64,000 nucleotides of DNA. It comes from Octopus sinensis. Its lineage: Eukaryota. The notes below the pieces were generated by a model. The model made no database searches. It was given only the letters and a program-made list of their open reading frames with translations, and had not been told where the DNA came from. How positions within the stretch are numbered: the stretch's first letter is position 1; each line of letters opens with the position of its first letter. Made by a program: the position numbers and the translations under genes. This document shows, piece by piece, positions 1 to 11,296 of this stretch. Location: positions 15,748,001-15,812,000 of the forward strand of contig NC_042997.1 in assembly GCF_006345805.1 (NCBI RefSeq), read 5' to 3'.

Positions 1-55
1 TTTTTATTACTTTTTATTTTATTTTATTTTATTTTATTTTATTTTATTTTATTTA
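1..55. repeat. (TTTTA)n microsatellite
   Basis: Direct reading. Confidence 0.95.
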
Positions 56-215
56 TTCCTGTTCACATCTTAGTCATCTGCAAAGGTTAAAAATTCATGC
101 AGGAAAGTGTTTCTAGAAGACTGATGTTCTGGAATGTAAAGAATGGGTATAATGTTTAGAGTGGGACCTGGATGGTGTCACAGTGTGTATAACAAACAGG
201 AAAGAAAGGATGAGT

Positions 216-575
216 TTCAATTCAATTCGATTCAATTTTTATTGGCTCAAAAAGCAAAAGCAAGGCCATGTAGGGGGACAGGGAGTTATGTACAGGGAGG
301 GTGGTCATACAAAAGAGTTCAGGCCATTTCTGGTCAAGAGAGACTTTGAACCGAGCGGTCGTCGGCATCTTCACTGTCTCGTCCGGCAGCTTATTCCACG
401 GATCCGCAACCCGGACGGAGAAAGCCCCTCTCCTTCGATTGAGATGAAATCGTCGTAGATAGAGCTTTTCGGAGTGACCCCGCAGCCCACGCCTTGGAGC
501 AGAAGTGAAGGACAGCTCTTTCGAGAGGTTACACTTTCCGCTTATGATGTTGTGAGCGAGAATGAGATCACCACG
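216..575 (-). mobile_element. CR1-clade LINE 3' end (RT C-terminus, 3' UTR, (GAATT)n tail)
   Basis: Minus strand reads RGDLILAHNIISGKCNL...LRGHSEKLYLRRFHLNRRRGAFSVRVADPWNKLPDETVKMPTTARFKVSLDQKW, the typical CR1 C-terminus (RGDLI, RGH, FS.RV..WN.LP, FK..LD). Same family as 29653-29897. Confidence 0.85.
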
Positions 576-1382
576 GATGATGTTAAAAGCTAGTTGGAAA
601 GAGTAAAGACTGATGTAGTAGCAGTGGAAAAGACGGGATAATGAGACAGGGAGTTGATGATGATTACTTTCGAATTTTATTTCATTTTATGTAACAATTG
701 TTATATACAGTTGATAACTTCACAAGCTCTGTGGTATGCTGTATTCTTCAAATGGAGAATTTATTGCCCAATTTACTCAATCAGAGGGTTTATGTATCAG
801 TCGCAAAAATGGCAAAACAGATATTGTAAATATTTCGTTTTTGGATTTGGCTTGCAAGATTCTTTATGTGAGTTCGTGTGTTGAAGCATATTCTGTTGTG
901 TCCGGGGAGAGTCATTTTCTTTTTGTGCCTTATAGTCAAGACTATTGAAAAGGTTGCAAGATGCAACGAAAATTTTTAGGAAAATAAAAATAAGAAATAA
1001 GTAAAAAATTTTACCGGTGAGTATGTTAAATTAAAAGGCACAAAAAGAAAATGACTCTCCCCAGACACAACAGATATTGTAAAATTATGCTGAAAACATC
1101 TTCGAATGTTAAAGTTAGAAGCTATTTTATTGGAATATTATAATTTAGTCCTATAACTTTTGGGTGGTTATTATTATATTTTGATATATATTTAGTGCAT
1201 ATTTAAATTATTACACACAGGCACACATACATACATACACATTCTCTCTCTCTCTCTTTCTCTCTGTCACATACACACACACATACATACACACACACAT
1301 CGTATACTCGTCAATTGAAGCTTTCTTCATCCTATTTCTTTCTTTTTCCCTGTGCATCCTTTTTATATTCAACACGCTTTCA

Positions 1383-1740
1383 CTTCTTCCTCTCCTTCTT
1401 CTTCTTCTTCTTCTTCTTCTTCTTCTTCTTCTTCTTCTTCTTCTCTTCTTCTCCTTCTTCTTCTCCTTCTTCTTCTCCTTCTTCTCTTCTTCTTTCTTCT
1501 TCTTCTTCTCTTCTTCTTCTTCTTCTTCTTCGACTGCTTCTCTTTCTTCTTCTTCTTCTTCTTCTTCTCTTCTTCTTCTCCTCCTCCTCCTACTCCTCCT
1601 CCTTGTTGTTGTTGTTGTTCTTCTTCTTCTTCTCCTCCTCCTTCTTCTTCTTCTTCTTCTCCTCCTCCTCCTCCTCCCCTTCTTCTTCTCCTCCTCCTCC
1701 TCCTCCTCCTCCTTCTTCTTCTTCTTCTTCTTCTTCTTCC
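1383..1740. repeat. (TTC/CTC)n compound trinucleotide tract
   Basis: Direct reading; source of the poly-S/L/F and poly-E/R/K ORFs. Confidence 0.95.
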
Positions 1741-1769
1741 TAAATCTCAATAAATGTTTTTGTTAACGT

Positions 1770-1895
1770 TTCATTTTATTTCTAATAATCATTTTAATTT
1801 CTTTCAATAGTTAATTAAATGTTAACGTTTAATACATTGGATAGCATTTAAAAAAAAACTGACGAGAAGAAATTACCCGGTAACGAAGAAGCAAT
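1770..1895 (+). repeat. Left arm of ~125-bp inverted repeat flanking the 18S fragment
   Basis: TTCATTTTATTTCTAATAATC...GGTAACGAAGAAGCAAT is the near-perfect reverse complement of 2118-2242. Confidence 0.95.
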
Positions 1896-1907
1896 ATTCG
1901 TCGGTGA

Positions 1908-2097
1908 TACCTGGTTGATCCTGCCAGTAGTCATATGCTTGTCTCAAAGCTTAAGCCATGCAAGTGTAAGTTCATGCCGTAAACGAATGGTGAAACCGCG
2001 AATGGCTCAGGAACCGGACCTAATCCTCGGGACCGTATTCTTCCACCGCGAGGAGAGTGGATAACTGTGGCAATTCTAGAGCTAATACATGCAACCG
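1908..2097 (+). rRNA. 18S rRNA: 18S rRNA 5' fragment (pseudogenic, ~190 bp)
   Basis: Starts with the universal TACCTGGTTGATCCTGCCAGTAGTCATATGCTTGTCTCAAAG and contains GCGAATGGCTC and GGATAACTGTGGCAATTCTAGAGCTAATACATGC; homology stops near 2100. Confidence 0.95.
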
Positions 2098-2117
2098 AAG
2101 CCGCGATCGCTTCTTCG

Positions 2118-2242
2118 ATTGCTTCTTCGTTACCGGGTAATTTCTTCTCGTCAGTTATTTTTAAATGCTATCCAATGTATTAAACGTTAACATTTAATTA
2201 ACTATTGAAAGAAATTAAAATGATTATTAGAAATAAAATGAA
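2118..2242 (-). repeat. Right arm of inverted repeat flanking the 18S fragment
   Basis: Reverse complement of 1770-1895. Confidence 0.95.
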
Positions 2243-2613
2243 TAATATTCTTTTAATTACATTCGACGAATTTCTTAGATTGTTAATCCTTACTGAATTA
2301 ACCACGATAGCATTTACTTAACCTTTGCTTTTCTTACCGACTGCGCCATCGTTTTATTTAGTCTCTTGAAGTTTCTATTTTCTGTACCAACCAATATACA
2401 CGCTTCTATATCTATGTATTTTAATGATTCTTTCATCACTACTTCGACATTTACGGCAAAGATTATGCTCCGCTTATGACGTCAGTGGGATAGAAATATG
2501 TCTGGAGTTGTCTCCCGTACTCGAAAAACTAATTAAAGCCACATAATTCATTAATTAATGCTGTTTCTCTTTCTCCTCGCAACATATTCGATCTGACTAG
2601 CTTTTTAATGCTT

Positions 2614-2662
2614 CCTATCTATCTATCTATCTACCTATCTATCTATCTATCTATCTATCTAT
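2614..2662. repeat. (CTAT)n, 5' flank of Tx1 element
   Basis: Direct reading. Confidence 0.95.
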
Positions 2663-4604
2663 CGAGCCGTAACACTGCTGAAGAAAGATCTAAACAAGGG
2701 AAATGTAATAGATAACTTTAGGCCCATCACTCTGCTTAATGCAGACTTGAAAATTTTGGCCAAGGTGCTAGCCAAGAGGTTGGCGCTTGTCATCGAGAAA
2801 CTGGTCGACAAGGCGCAAACATGCGCCGTGCCAGGCCGGACCATCCATGACAACCTCCATCTGATGCGCTACATCATAGACAGGGTAGTTAACGAACCTG
2901 GCATGGGTGGGGCCCTGATCAACTTGGATCAATCGAAAGCCTTTGATAGGGTAGACCATCGATACTTGGAGGCAGTCCTGAGAGCGGCTGGTTTCGGTCC
3001 CGTCTTCCGCGGCTGGATAGCTGCCTTGTACAGAGGCATCCGTTCGGTAATTCGCGTAAATGGACATCTATCGAGACCTTTCGACATTGCACGTTCGGTC
3101 CGTCAGGGATGCCCCCTCTCGGCGCTTCTATACGTATTGACTCTTGAGCCACTACTGCGGAAGCTGGCGACTCTAAGGGGCATCCCGCGAGAATTGGGAT
3201 GCGGGACGAGCGTGTCTGCATACGCGGACGACGTCACCGTCATAGTGTCTAGCCACGAGCACATCGAGCTGGTCGGCGAGACACTGAAAAACTACGAAGC
3301 GGTGACAGGAGCGAAAATCAACCGGAAAAGTCAGTGGGCTTGCGACTAGGCACCTGGAGAAGCAAGCCCATGCCGTCCACCAGCGCCTCCGTCGTGGGAC
3401 GCTGGACCGACGGCCCGGTTGAGTTGCTCGGGGTCTGGTTTGGTCCGGACCTCCAAGTGGAGAAGAACTGGAACGAGATAACGAGTAGGGTGGTCACTCT
3501 CGCCCGGCAATGGGCCGAGAGGAAACTGTCCCTAAAAGGTCGAGCGCAGGTGGCGAACACGTACATCGCGTCCGTCATCTACTACCGCCTGACCGTCGTA
3601 CCTTGTCCCGACCCTACCATCACCAAACTACAACGCATCCTCTTTCGCTTCTTGTGGAAAGGATGCGTCCCGATGGTCAGGCGATCCATTTGCTGTCAAC
3701 ACCCGTTAAAAGGAGGGCTGGGCATGCCGTGGTTGATGATGCGCAGACACGCGCTGAGACTGCGACATCTCTGGCTCTATGTAGACGACGGTGAACAGGT
3801 GTGGTCGCCGTTTGTGAGGCACGCTTTCCCGCAGCTCGTCTCCATGACCGAACTGCAGTCGTGGATCAAAAAGAGGCCGAGGAAGGGCGAATGGCACCGC
3901 GAGTGTCGCGTTGCTCTCAAGCAACTCTGCCGTCCTGGGTCGACCTTAAGTGACTTCAACACAACCAAAGCATTCTATAGGGGTTTAGTGGAGGGGAGGT
4001 ACGACGACGAGCTCGGGGCGAACCTGGACGTCGACGAGGAGTACCTGACCCGCCTGTTCGGGACGACTTTCGGGCCAGGGCCCATGGACAACTTCCAGAG
4101 ATCCCTGGCCTGGCAGTGCTACCGAGAAGCGCTACCCGTTCGGGATAAGCTCTACAGACACGGCTCGAGAAACACGGGGCCGACCTGCCCGAGATGCGGT
4201 CAGAGCGACGAAACCGTTCTGCACGCACTCGTTCAGTGTCCAACAATTTCCGACCTGTGGGCTTATGTCGAACAACTGCTGTCACGTGTGGGACGAGTCG
4301 GTTTATCAGCTGAGTCTATCGTCAATATTGTCACGCCTCCTTCCTTCAAACGGGAAGGAAGAGCTATTTTCATCATCCTTGTGGCTATGGCGAAAGAATG
4401 TATCTGGTGGACGCGTCTGAAAGGATTGGAGACAAACACTTTCCTCTCTGGTCAATCTCTCATCAACTTCTTCAAGTACCACTTGAAAAGGAAATGAGAG
4501 TAGAGAGGCAAGTTTTGTCTAGCGAATGTTTTAAAAAAAGATGGGTGAATGTAGCAAGAATGGCACGTATGAATGACGAAGCCACCTTGAGCATAGTCCT
4601 ATGA
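2663..4604 (+). pseudogene. Tx1 ORF2: reverse transcriptase plus C-terminal zinc-binding (zf-RVT-like) domain, two 1-bp frameshifts
   Basis: FRPITLLNADLKILAKVLAKRL, PGRTIHDN, LDQSKAFDRVDH, VRQGCPLS, AYADDVTV, GGLGMP, CPRCGQSDETVLHALVQCP. Frames switch at ~3323-3329 and ~4492-4494; the C-terminus continues MRVERQVL...SIVL to the stop at 4604. Confidence 0.92.
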
Positions 4605-4996
4605 ACCCAGAAATCGAAAACAGAGAGTTGCTTATTTGCAAAAAAAAAAAAAAAAAAAGAAATATAAAATGTGACTTCATTGACCGAGGTTACCGTGGTC
4701 TTTTCCGCAGGCTTTTCTTTCCACGGGTAAACCTCACCTGTCCTCCCCTTTACACTTCATATTGACATTTCTGTGATAACGATCCCTATTGATCATTTTT
4801 TTTCCTCCCCCCCCCTTTTTTTTTTTTTTAACCCCCCTTATTTTTGTCCTCTTTCTCTCCTTTTACGATCCCTTTTGATCGAACCTCCCCCTTCCCTTTT
4901 TTTTTTTTTTTTTTTTTTCTAATACCTTCAAAAGAAAAGCTCTACCTTGTAATTTGTTCTATCTGTGTGCAGCCCTGTGTGGCTAATAAAGAAACA
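2663..4996 (+). mobile_element. 5'-truncated Tx1/L1-clade non-LTR retrotransposon
   Basis: RT ORF remnant plus ~390-bp 3' UTR with A- and T-rich tracts, ending GGCTAATAAAGAAACA directly before (TATC)n. Confidence 0.92.
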
Positions 4997-5057
<61 letters not shown>

Positions 5058-5115
5058 CTTCCCCCTCTCTCTCTCTCTCTCTCTTTCTTTCTCTCTCTCT
5101 CTCTCTCTCTCTCTC
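4997..5115. repeat. (TATC)n then (TC)n, 3' flank of Tx1 element
   Basis: Direct reading. Confidence 0.95.
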
Positions 5116-5192
5116 GCTATATATATATATAAAGATATTATAGTAAATTAATATATCATGGTATATTAAATACATTATGATGTATCAAAAAT

Positions 5193-5247
<55 letters not shown>

Positions 5248-5292
5248 TATATGTATATATATATATCCGAGTTTGGTTAATCTATATATACA

Positions 5293-5492
5293 TAGCAGAA
5301 ATGTTAGCATACTGGGCGAAATACTTAGCGGTATTTCGTCTGTCTTTACGTTTTGAGTTCAAATTCCGCCGAGGTCGACTTTGCTTTTCATCCTTTTAGG
5401 GTCGAAAATTAAGTACCAGTTGCGTACTGGGGTCGATCTAATCGACTGGCCCCCTCCCCCAAAATTTCGGGCCTTGAGCCTAGAGTAGAGAA
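5293..5492 (+). mobile_element. SINE-B (tail type 2)
   Basis: B-box GAGTTCAAATTC, core GTCGACTTTGC.TTTCATCC, tail CCCCTCCCCCAAAATTTCGGGCCTTG. Confidence 0.85.
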
Positions 5493-5544
5493 ATATATAT
5501 ACACATATAATTTATATGTGTTTCGTCCAAAGATTGGCCCAGGC

Positions 5545-6050
5545 CATGTCTAACATATAGCACTACATGATAGGATCTGTTAAGTCATTTTTAAGTCAGG
5601 TTTTGTGGTATCATGTCCCATTGAAGTAGGGAGTTGTTGACTTAGTTGTATCCAGGTATAGGTGGCTTGAAGAAATTTGTCCAGATAGCATTTGAAGGTG
5701 TATGGCTCGAAGCTCCAGCCTTGGATGAATTCTGAATTTGATGTTAAGGTTGTTTGAGCATTGTTAGTGGCATATTCTCCCCATTGTGCAAATGAAGTGG
5801 TGCTCACAACGAAGTTAGAGAGAATAAAGTTTCAATGTTTTAAGGCTGTCCTAACAATCAAAATCAATCATGCCTTTTATTTCATTTTTTTTTTAGCAAT
5901 TGCTCTCTATGGTGACTCAATTCCCGTAATGTTTTTTTGGTATGGAGAGACCACTGGGGAAAGCAGTGTTCTAGCTGAGGCCGTACAAAGTTAGAGAAGA
6001 GGGATATGATGACAGCTTGCTCTCTGGACCGGGAAATTCTTAACATCCAG
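5545..6050 (-). mobile_element. Decayed CR1/L2-type LINE 3' fragment
   Basis: Minus-strand remnants FSNFVRPQLEHCFPQWSLHTKK (RPxLEYC..W motif) and TFKCYLDKFLQ. Confidence 0.6.
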
Positions 6051-6379
6051 GAGCTCATCATATAGATCAAAATAGAAAATTAAAATGCAAAACATTTGGC
6101 ATCATTCGAAAAACATTTTATTTATATAGAGAATATAAACAGATAGAGTCCCTTACAGCTGTTTCTGGAATAGTCAAGCATGTGAATGATGATATTGAGT
6201 AAAGATTCCATAAGGTAAGTACTCCGTCATCGGAGAGAGAGAGAGAAGAAAATATAAAAATGAAGAATATCCCAAATCGGGGGATATTAGTACTTTCCAG
6301 TTTGTCAAAAAAACGAAGGAAGGATCAGAGTGAAAAGTATATGCATTGGATCGTTCCATGGTCGAATAAATAATAAAGT

Positions 6380-6522
6380 TAACTGGTACTTATTTTATCG
6401 ACCTCGAAAGGATGAAAGGCAAAATCGACCTCGGTGGATTTTGAACTCAGAGCGTAATGACAGACGGCCGAAATGCCGCTAAGTATTTTGCCTGGCGTGC
6501 TAACGATTCAGCCAGCTCACCG
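6380..6522 (-). mobile_element. SINE-B, partial
   Basis: Reverse complement of SINE-B head and core. Confidence 0.8.
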
Positions 6523-6632
6523 GGTTAAAATCATTTATAATATTGATTTCAAATTTTGGCACAGTGCCAGCAACTTTGGGGGAGAGACAAAGAAAACGGG
6601 ATTGGTTCAACTAGCTTTACTTTACTCTCATT

Positions 6633-6751
6633 TCTTCTTCTTCTTCTTCTTCTTCTTCTTCTTCTTCTTCTTCTTCTTCTTCTTCTTCTTCTTTTACTTT
6701 TTTTTTCTTCTTCTTCTTCTTCTTCTTCTTCTTCTTCTTCTTCTTCTTCTT

Positions 6752-6797
<46 letters not shown>

Positions 6798-6935
6798 CAC
6801 TACTACCACTTCATTCTTCTTTTTTCCTTTCCTTCTCTTCTTTGCTTTTCCTCTTCTTCTTGTCCTTCTTCTTCTCCTTCTTCTTCTCTTCTTCTTCTTC
6901 TTCTTCTTCTCCTCCTCCTCCTCCTCTTCCTCCTC
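6633..6935. repeat. (TTC)n/(CTA)n/(CTC)n compound microsatellite
   Basis: Direct reading. Confidence 0.95.
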
Positions 6936-7515
6936 CTTTCCTTTCCTTGTTCTTTACCTCCCCTTCCTTTTATTTTATGTCGCCTGTTTTGGCTTCTGTC
7001 TCTCTCTCTTATTCCTTTATTACTTTCTTCACATCAATGAAATAACGGAAGTAAGACGTCTGTTGCAGAAATTCAATATGTCGTTTTTCTCGACTGAACT
7101 TTAAATAGGTCAGGGTTAGATAATTGATTATGAGTTGGGTGTCTTCAACCCTTCAAGCCAATTACGACACTTCGTCTAGACAGAAAACTATCATGTGAAT
7201 GAAGTAGGATTGCTCATTAAAATGGCCACGAAAAAACTGCGTTGACCTTAAACTAAAACACTTGTTTGACAATCTTAAAACCGAAACATAAGCTTACTTA
7301 TTACCGTTTAGTATGGCCAGGGTGTTTGGAAATATTCAGTATAACAGCCACTAAAGTTTACTTTCAGCTGCTTTTGTGTTGTTCCTCAAAGCTTCCCAGA
7401 GATTTTGTAAGTTTTTTTTGTTAGTAACATGACTAGGTTCCTGAAATTGTAAACGGTCCCTGAGTGAAATGATGTTAACTAAATCAGGATAGAAACAACC
7501 ACTGTGTATTATATT

Positions 7516-7913
7516 TTACTCTTTACTCTTTTACTTGTTTCAGTCATTTGACTGTGGCCATGCTGGAGCACCGCCTTTAGTCGAGCAACTCGACTCCAGG
7601 ACTTATTCTTTTGTAAGCCCAGTACTTATTCTATCGGTCTCTTTTGCCGAACCGCTAAGTAACGGGGACATAAACACACCAGCATCGGTTGTCAAGCAAT
7701 GCTAGGGGGACAAACACAAGCACACACACGCATATATATATACATATATACGACGGGCTTCTTTCAGTTTCCGTCTACCAAATCCACTCACAAGGCTTTG
7801 GTCGGCCCGAGGCTATAGTAGAAGACACTTGCCCAAGGTGCCACGCAGTGGGACTGAACCCGGAACCATGTGGTTGGTAAACAAGCTACTTACCACACAG
7901 CCACTCCTGCGCC
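7516..7913 (-). mobile_element. SINE-A, full length
   Basis: tRNA-like A/B boxes, CORE-like CCTTGGGCAAGTGTC, tail GCTCCAGCATGGCC.CAGTCAAATGACTGAAACAAG, (GAGTAAAA)n end. Confidence 0.9.
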
Positions 7914-8118
7914 TAATTTTATTTATTATATTTAATAATTTTGTGTTAACTTCTGATTCTTTCCTTGAACGTTGTAGAGCAGGAAACACTTTTATCCTCG
8001 AATAAAACCGGAGAACTTAAATCGATCACCAGTTTGTGTAGTATCTTTCAGCATTTCACCTCTTAATACTTGATGAGAAAATATTGGTAATTTAATTCTA
8101 TTATTTGTTTTCTATTGT

Positions 8119-8513
8119 GGGATGGAATAGAAGCACTCCGTCGGTTACGACGACGAGGGTTCCGGTTGATCCGAATCAACGGAACAGCCTGCTCGTGAAA
8201 TTAACGTGTAAGTGGCTGAGCACTCCACAGACACGTGTACCCTTAACGTAGTTCTCGGGGATATTCAGCGTGACACAGAGAGTGACAAGGCCGGCCCTTT
8301 GAAATACAGGTACAACAGAAACAGGAAGTAAGAGTGAGAGAAAGTTGTGGTGAAAGAGTACAGCAGGGATCACCACCATCCCCTGCCGGAGCCTCGTGGA
8401 GCTTTAGGTGTTTTCGCTCAATAAACACTCACAACGCCCGGTCTGGGAATCGAAACCGCGATCCTATGACCGCGAGTCCGCTGCCCTAACCACTGGGCCA
8501 TTGCGCCTCCACA
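8119..8513 (-). mobile_element. SINE-C, full length, with TSD
   Basis: tRNA-like head; TSD TTTCTATTGT at 8109-8118 and 8514-8523. Confidence 0.9.
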
Positions 8514-8745
8514 TTTCTATTGTATACAGGCAGTAAATGGAATGGGGTTGTTTAACCTTGGAAACATATTTGAATTCAGAGGGCATTTGCAGTGGGACTG
8601 ATGTCACTAACTTGCCGCGTAAACTTTTTCGAGTCGAAGGGTCCGGGAGGAAAAATATAATCTATGAAAGAAAGGAATTCCATAGAGTTGATGTTCTGGA
8701 AAGGAGTGATAGGACTCTTACTCAACACACATATACATGTTTATG

Positions 8746-8777
<32 letters not shown>

Positions 8778-9149
8778 CATACATACATACATACATACAT
8801 ACATACATACACACATCGACATTGATATTGACTGCCTAAACAGTGGAAGAGAAGAGGGTGCATCTATGTCGTCGCTCAATCTGTTAGTAATAGCTGCCAA
8901 ATTTTCATCAGTTTAAAACACACAGACTTTAAAAGTTTAAGGACACATTGGGTTATGTAGACTAAGATATACAATGCCTAAAATGGAATGGTCACGGATG
9001 GAAAGGTTTTGATCGCTGGTTTGTTCGTTTAGATTAAACTGCAACAGTTACATTAAGAAAAGGATCTAGGGTTTTGACACCGATTCATACATACAGCCTT
9101 TCAATGTCGCATAATATCCCATCGACGGCATTTACTTAACAAAGTATAG

Positions 9150-9700
9150 TCCAAGTATATTCATGAATCAACTCTGCACACATGAGACAAACAACATCAC
9201 GAGTCAGAAAGGAGCTCTTCGGAAAATATTTCGTGAATGGTGATTAATGACATGAAACCAGGAATACTGCACAGTTCTATCTTAACAAGAATAGCAGATA
9301 AAAGGCTTTCTGCTCAGCAGCAAAAAGTCATGCATGACTATGATGCGAGAATAACAATAACATGGTTAACCAAAGTATTCTATTGTGGATCAGACAATCG
9401 GTATATTAATTTTCACTTTGAAGGACAGAATTTTTCAATACTAGAACAGGATGTAGGAAAATATCTGATACCTAAAGAAATAGGGGTTGAAATATAATAT
9501 AATAATACCTCGATATGACACCGACACATATTGTGTCGGATTAACACCGAAGCTATGAGCCACACCATCAGTAGCTGTCTGGAAATGCTGTCACTGTACT
9601 ATCTGCCTATAAAGTATGATGTAGTGGCCAAAATACTATAGGACGGAATTTGTACAAAGGGTACTTTCGAAGATAAAAATATTGAAGTTAGAGGGATGTA
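9150..9700 (+). mobile_element. Highly decayed RLE-type (R4/NeSL-like) LINE fragment
   Basis: Around 9553-9640 reads AMSHTISSCLEMLSLYYLPIKYDVVAKIL, resembling the H.ISSC....Y..RHD.VAK zinc-knuckle region of restriction-like-endonuclease LINEs. Confidence 0.45.
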
Positions 9701-9758
9701 GGGGACATGATCCCCCATAATAAGAAATAATACTGGTCATTATTATTTCTGTCAAAAA

Positions 9759-10160
9759 GGCGGCGAATTTAGCAAAATCGTTAGCACACTGGGCAAAATG
9801 CTTAGCGGTATTTCGTCCGCCGTTACGTTCTGAGTTCAAATTCCGCCGAGGTCGACCTTGCCTTTCATCCTTTCGGGGTCGATTAAATAAGTACCAGCTA
9901 CGCACTGGGGTCGATGTAATCGACTTAATGCGTTTGTCTGTCCTTGTTTTTCCTCTCTGTATTCAGCCCCTTATGGATAGTAAAGAAATAGGTATTTCGT
10001 CCGCCGCTACGTTCTGAGTTCAAATTCCTCCGGGTTCGACTTTGCTTTTCATCCTTTCGGGGTCGATAGATTAAGTACCATCGAAACACTGGGGTTGATG
10101 TAATCGACTAGTCCCCTCCACTAAATTTCGGGCCTTGTGCCTTTAGTAGAAAGGATTATT
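9759..10160 (+). mobile_element. SINE-B dimer (core+tail 1, then core+tail 2)
   Basis: Two cores; second unit starts at GGTATTTCGTCCGCCG (~9990), duplicating 9807-9822. Confidence 0.85.
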
Positions 10161-10177
10161 ATTTCTGTCAAAAATAA

Positions 10178-10365
10178 GGCGGCGAGCTGGCAGAATCATT
10201 AGCACAGCAGACGAAATACTTAGCGACATTTCTTCCGTCTTTACGTTCTGAGTTCAAATGCCCCCGAGGTCGGATAAATTTGGTGAAAACTGGGGTAGAA
10301 GTAATCGACTTACCCACTCCCTCACAAAATTTCAGACCATGTGCCTATAATAAAAAGGATTATTC
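10178..10365 (+). mobile_element. SINE-B (tail 2), internally deleted
   Basis: GGCGGCGAGCTGGCAGAATC head, tail-2 end. Confidence 0.8.
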
Positions 10366-10895
10366 CTGTCAAAACTGTTTGTAAAATGGAGGTATAACAG
10401 ACTGTACACAATGATTTAGGATAGAAAAAAGAAATTGTGCAGAGCAGTAGAAATCAGTTGTCTATCGGGCGTCAACATAATGTTTTAGATGAAAGAATTT
10501 AGAAAAAAAAATCTATGCCAAACTAATTAGAAATTTGCAGATACTAACATCCGAACCATAACTTGCAATTTCTAACTTTGATTATTGGGGCGTGAGATTG
10601 AGTAACTAATGACCTCATCACAAAATCATGAGAATCCGTGATTCACAAAACCAGGAGGAACACAGCTAATTAGGAAATTGGAATTACAGGTCATTAATAG
10701 TACTATTAAAATATGTAAAACATTCCAGATGCTTATATTGCAGTGGGTATGTGTACTTACAAACTTACAAACATATATCCATAAGAACATACACATTGTC
10801 AAATCATATAACTTACATGATAGCATGCACACATATGCACACCGATGCATATGCATATACACGTACATACGCACGCGCACACGCATATATGTGTT

Positions 10896-10896
<1 letters not shown>

Positions 10897-10956
<60 letters not shown>

Positions 10957-10961
10957 CAGAC

Positions 10962-11057
<96 letters not shown>

Positions 11058-11237
11058 GGATAGATAGATAGAGGGATAGATAGATGGATAGATAGACAGA
11101 CAGACAAATAGATAGATAGAATTATATATATATATACATATATATACAAAGATAGACAGATAGACAGATAAATAGATAGATAGACAGACATACAGACAGA
11201 CAGACAGATAGACAGATAGACAGACAGATAGATAGAT

Positions 11238-11296
<59 letters not shown>

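Larger units (their letters stand above)
1250..2565 (-). repeat. Composite repeat (segment A + segment B + (GAA)n + segment C), homologous to 47573-48400 and 51220-52050
   Basis: 2243-2565 is the reverse complement of 47573-47899; 1742-1898 of 47904-48057; 1300-1382 resembles the reverse complement of the sequence after the (GAA)n at 48272. Confidence 0.85.

Noticed and set aside
1211-1753. Poly-E/R/K/S/L ORFs, likewise at 6.5-7.1, 45.4-45.7, 48.0-48.3 and 51.7-51.9 kb
   Set aside because: Trinucleotide repeats lack stops in several frames.
1908-2097. Functional rDNA unit or R2-type rDNA insertion
   Set aside because: Only ~190 bp of 18S is present, with no ITS, 5.8S or 28S, and the neighbouring LINE is Tx1-like and sits in (CTAT)n.
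2768-4285. Antisense and alternate-frame ORFs over the Tx1 element
   Set aside because: Shadows of the GC-rich RT ORF with no independent motifs.
6159-6214. Plus-strand exon (TTACAG acceptor, AAG|GTAAGT donor)
   Set aside because: Stops in all three frames; at most non-coding.
7850-7913. tRNA genes at SINE heads (all SINE-A/B/C/D copies)
   Set aside because: A/B boxes are present but no complete cloverleaf is evident, and each continues into a SINE core and tail.
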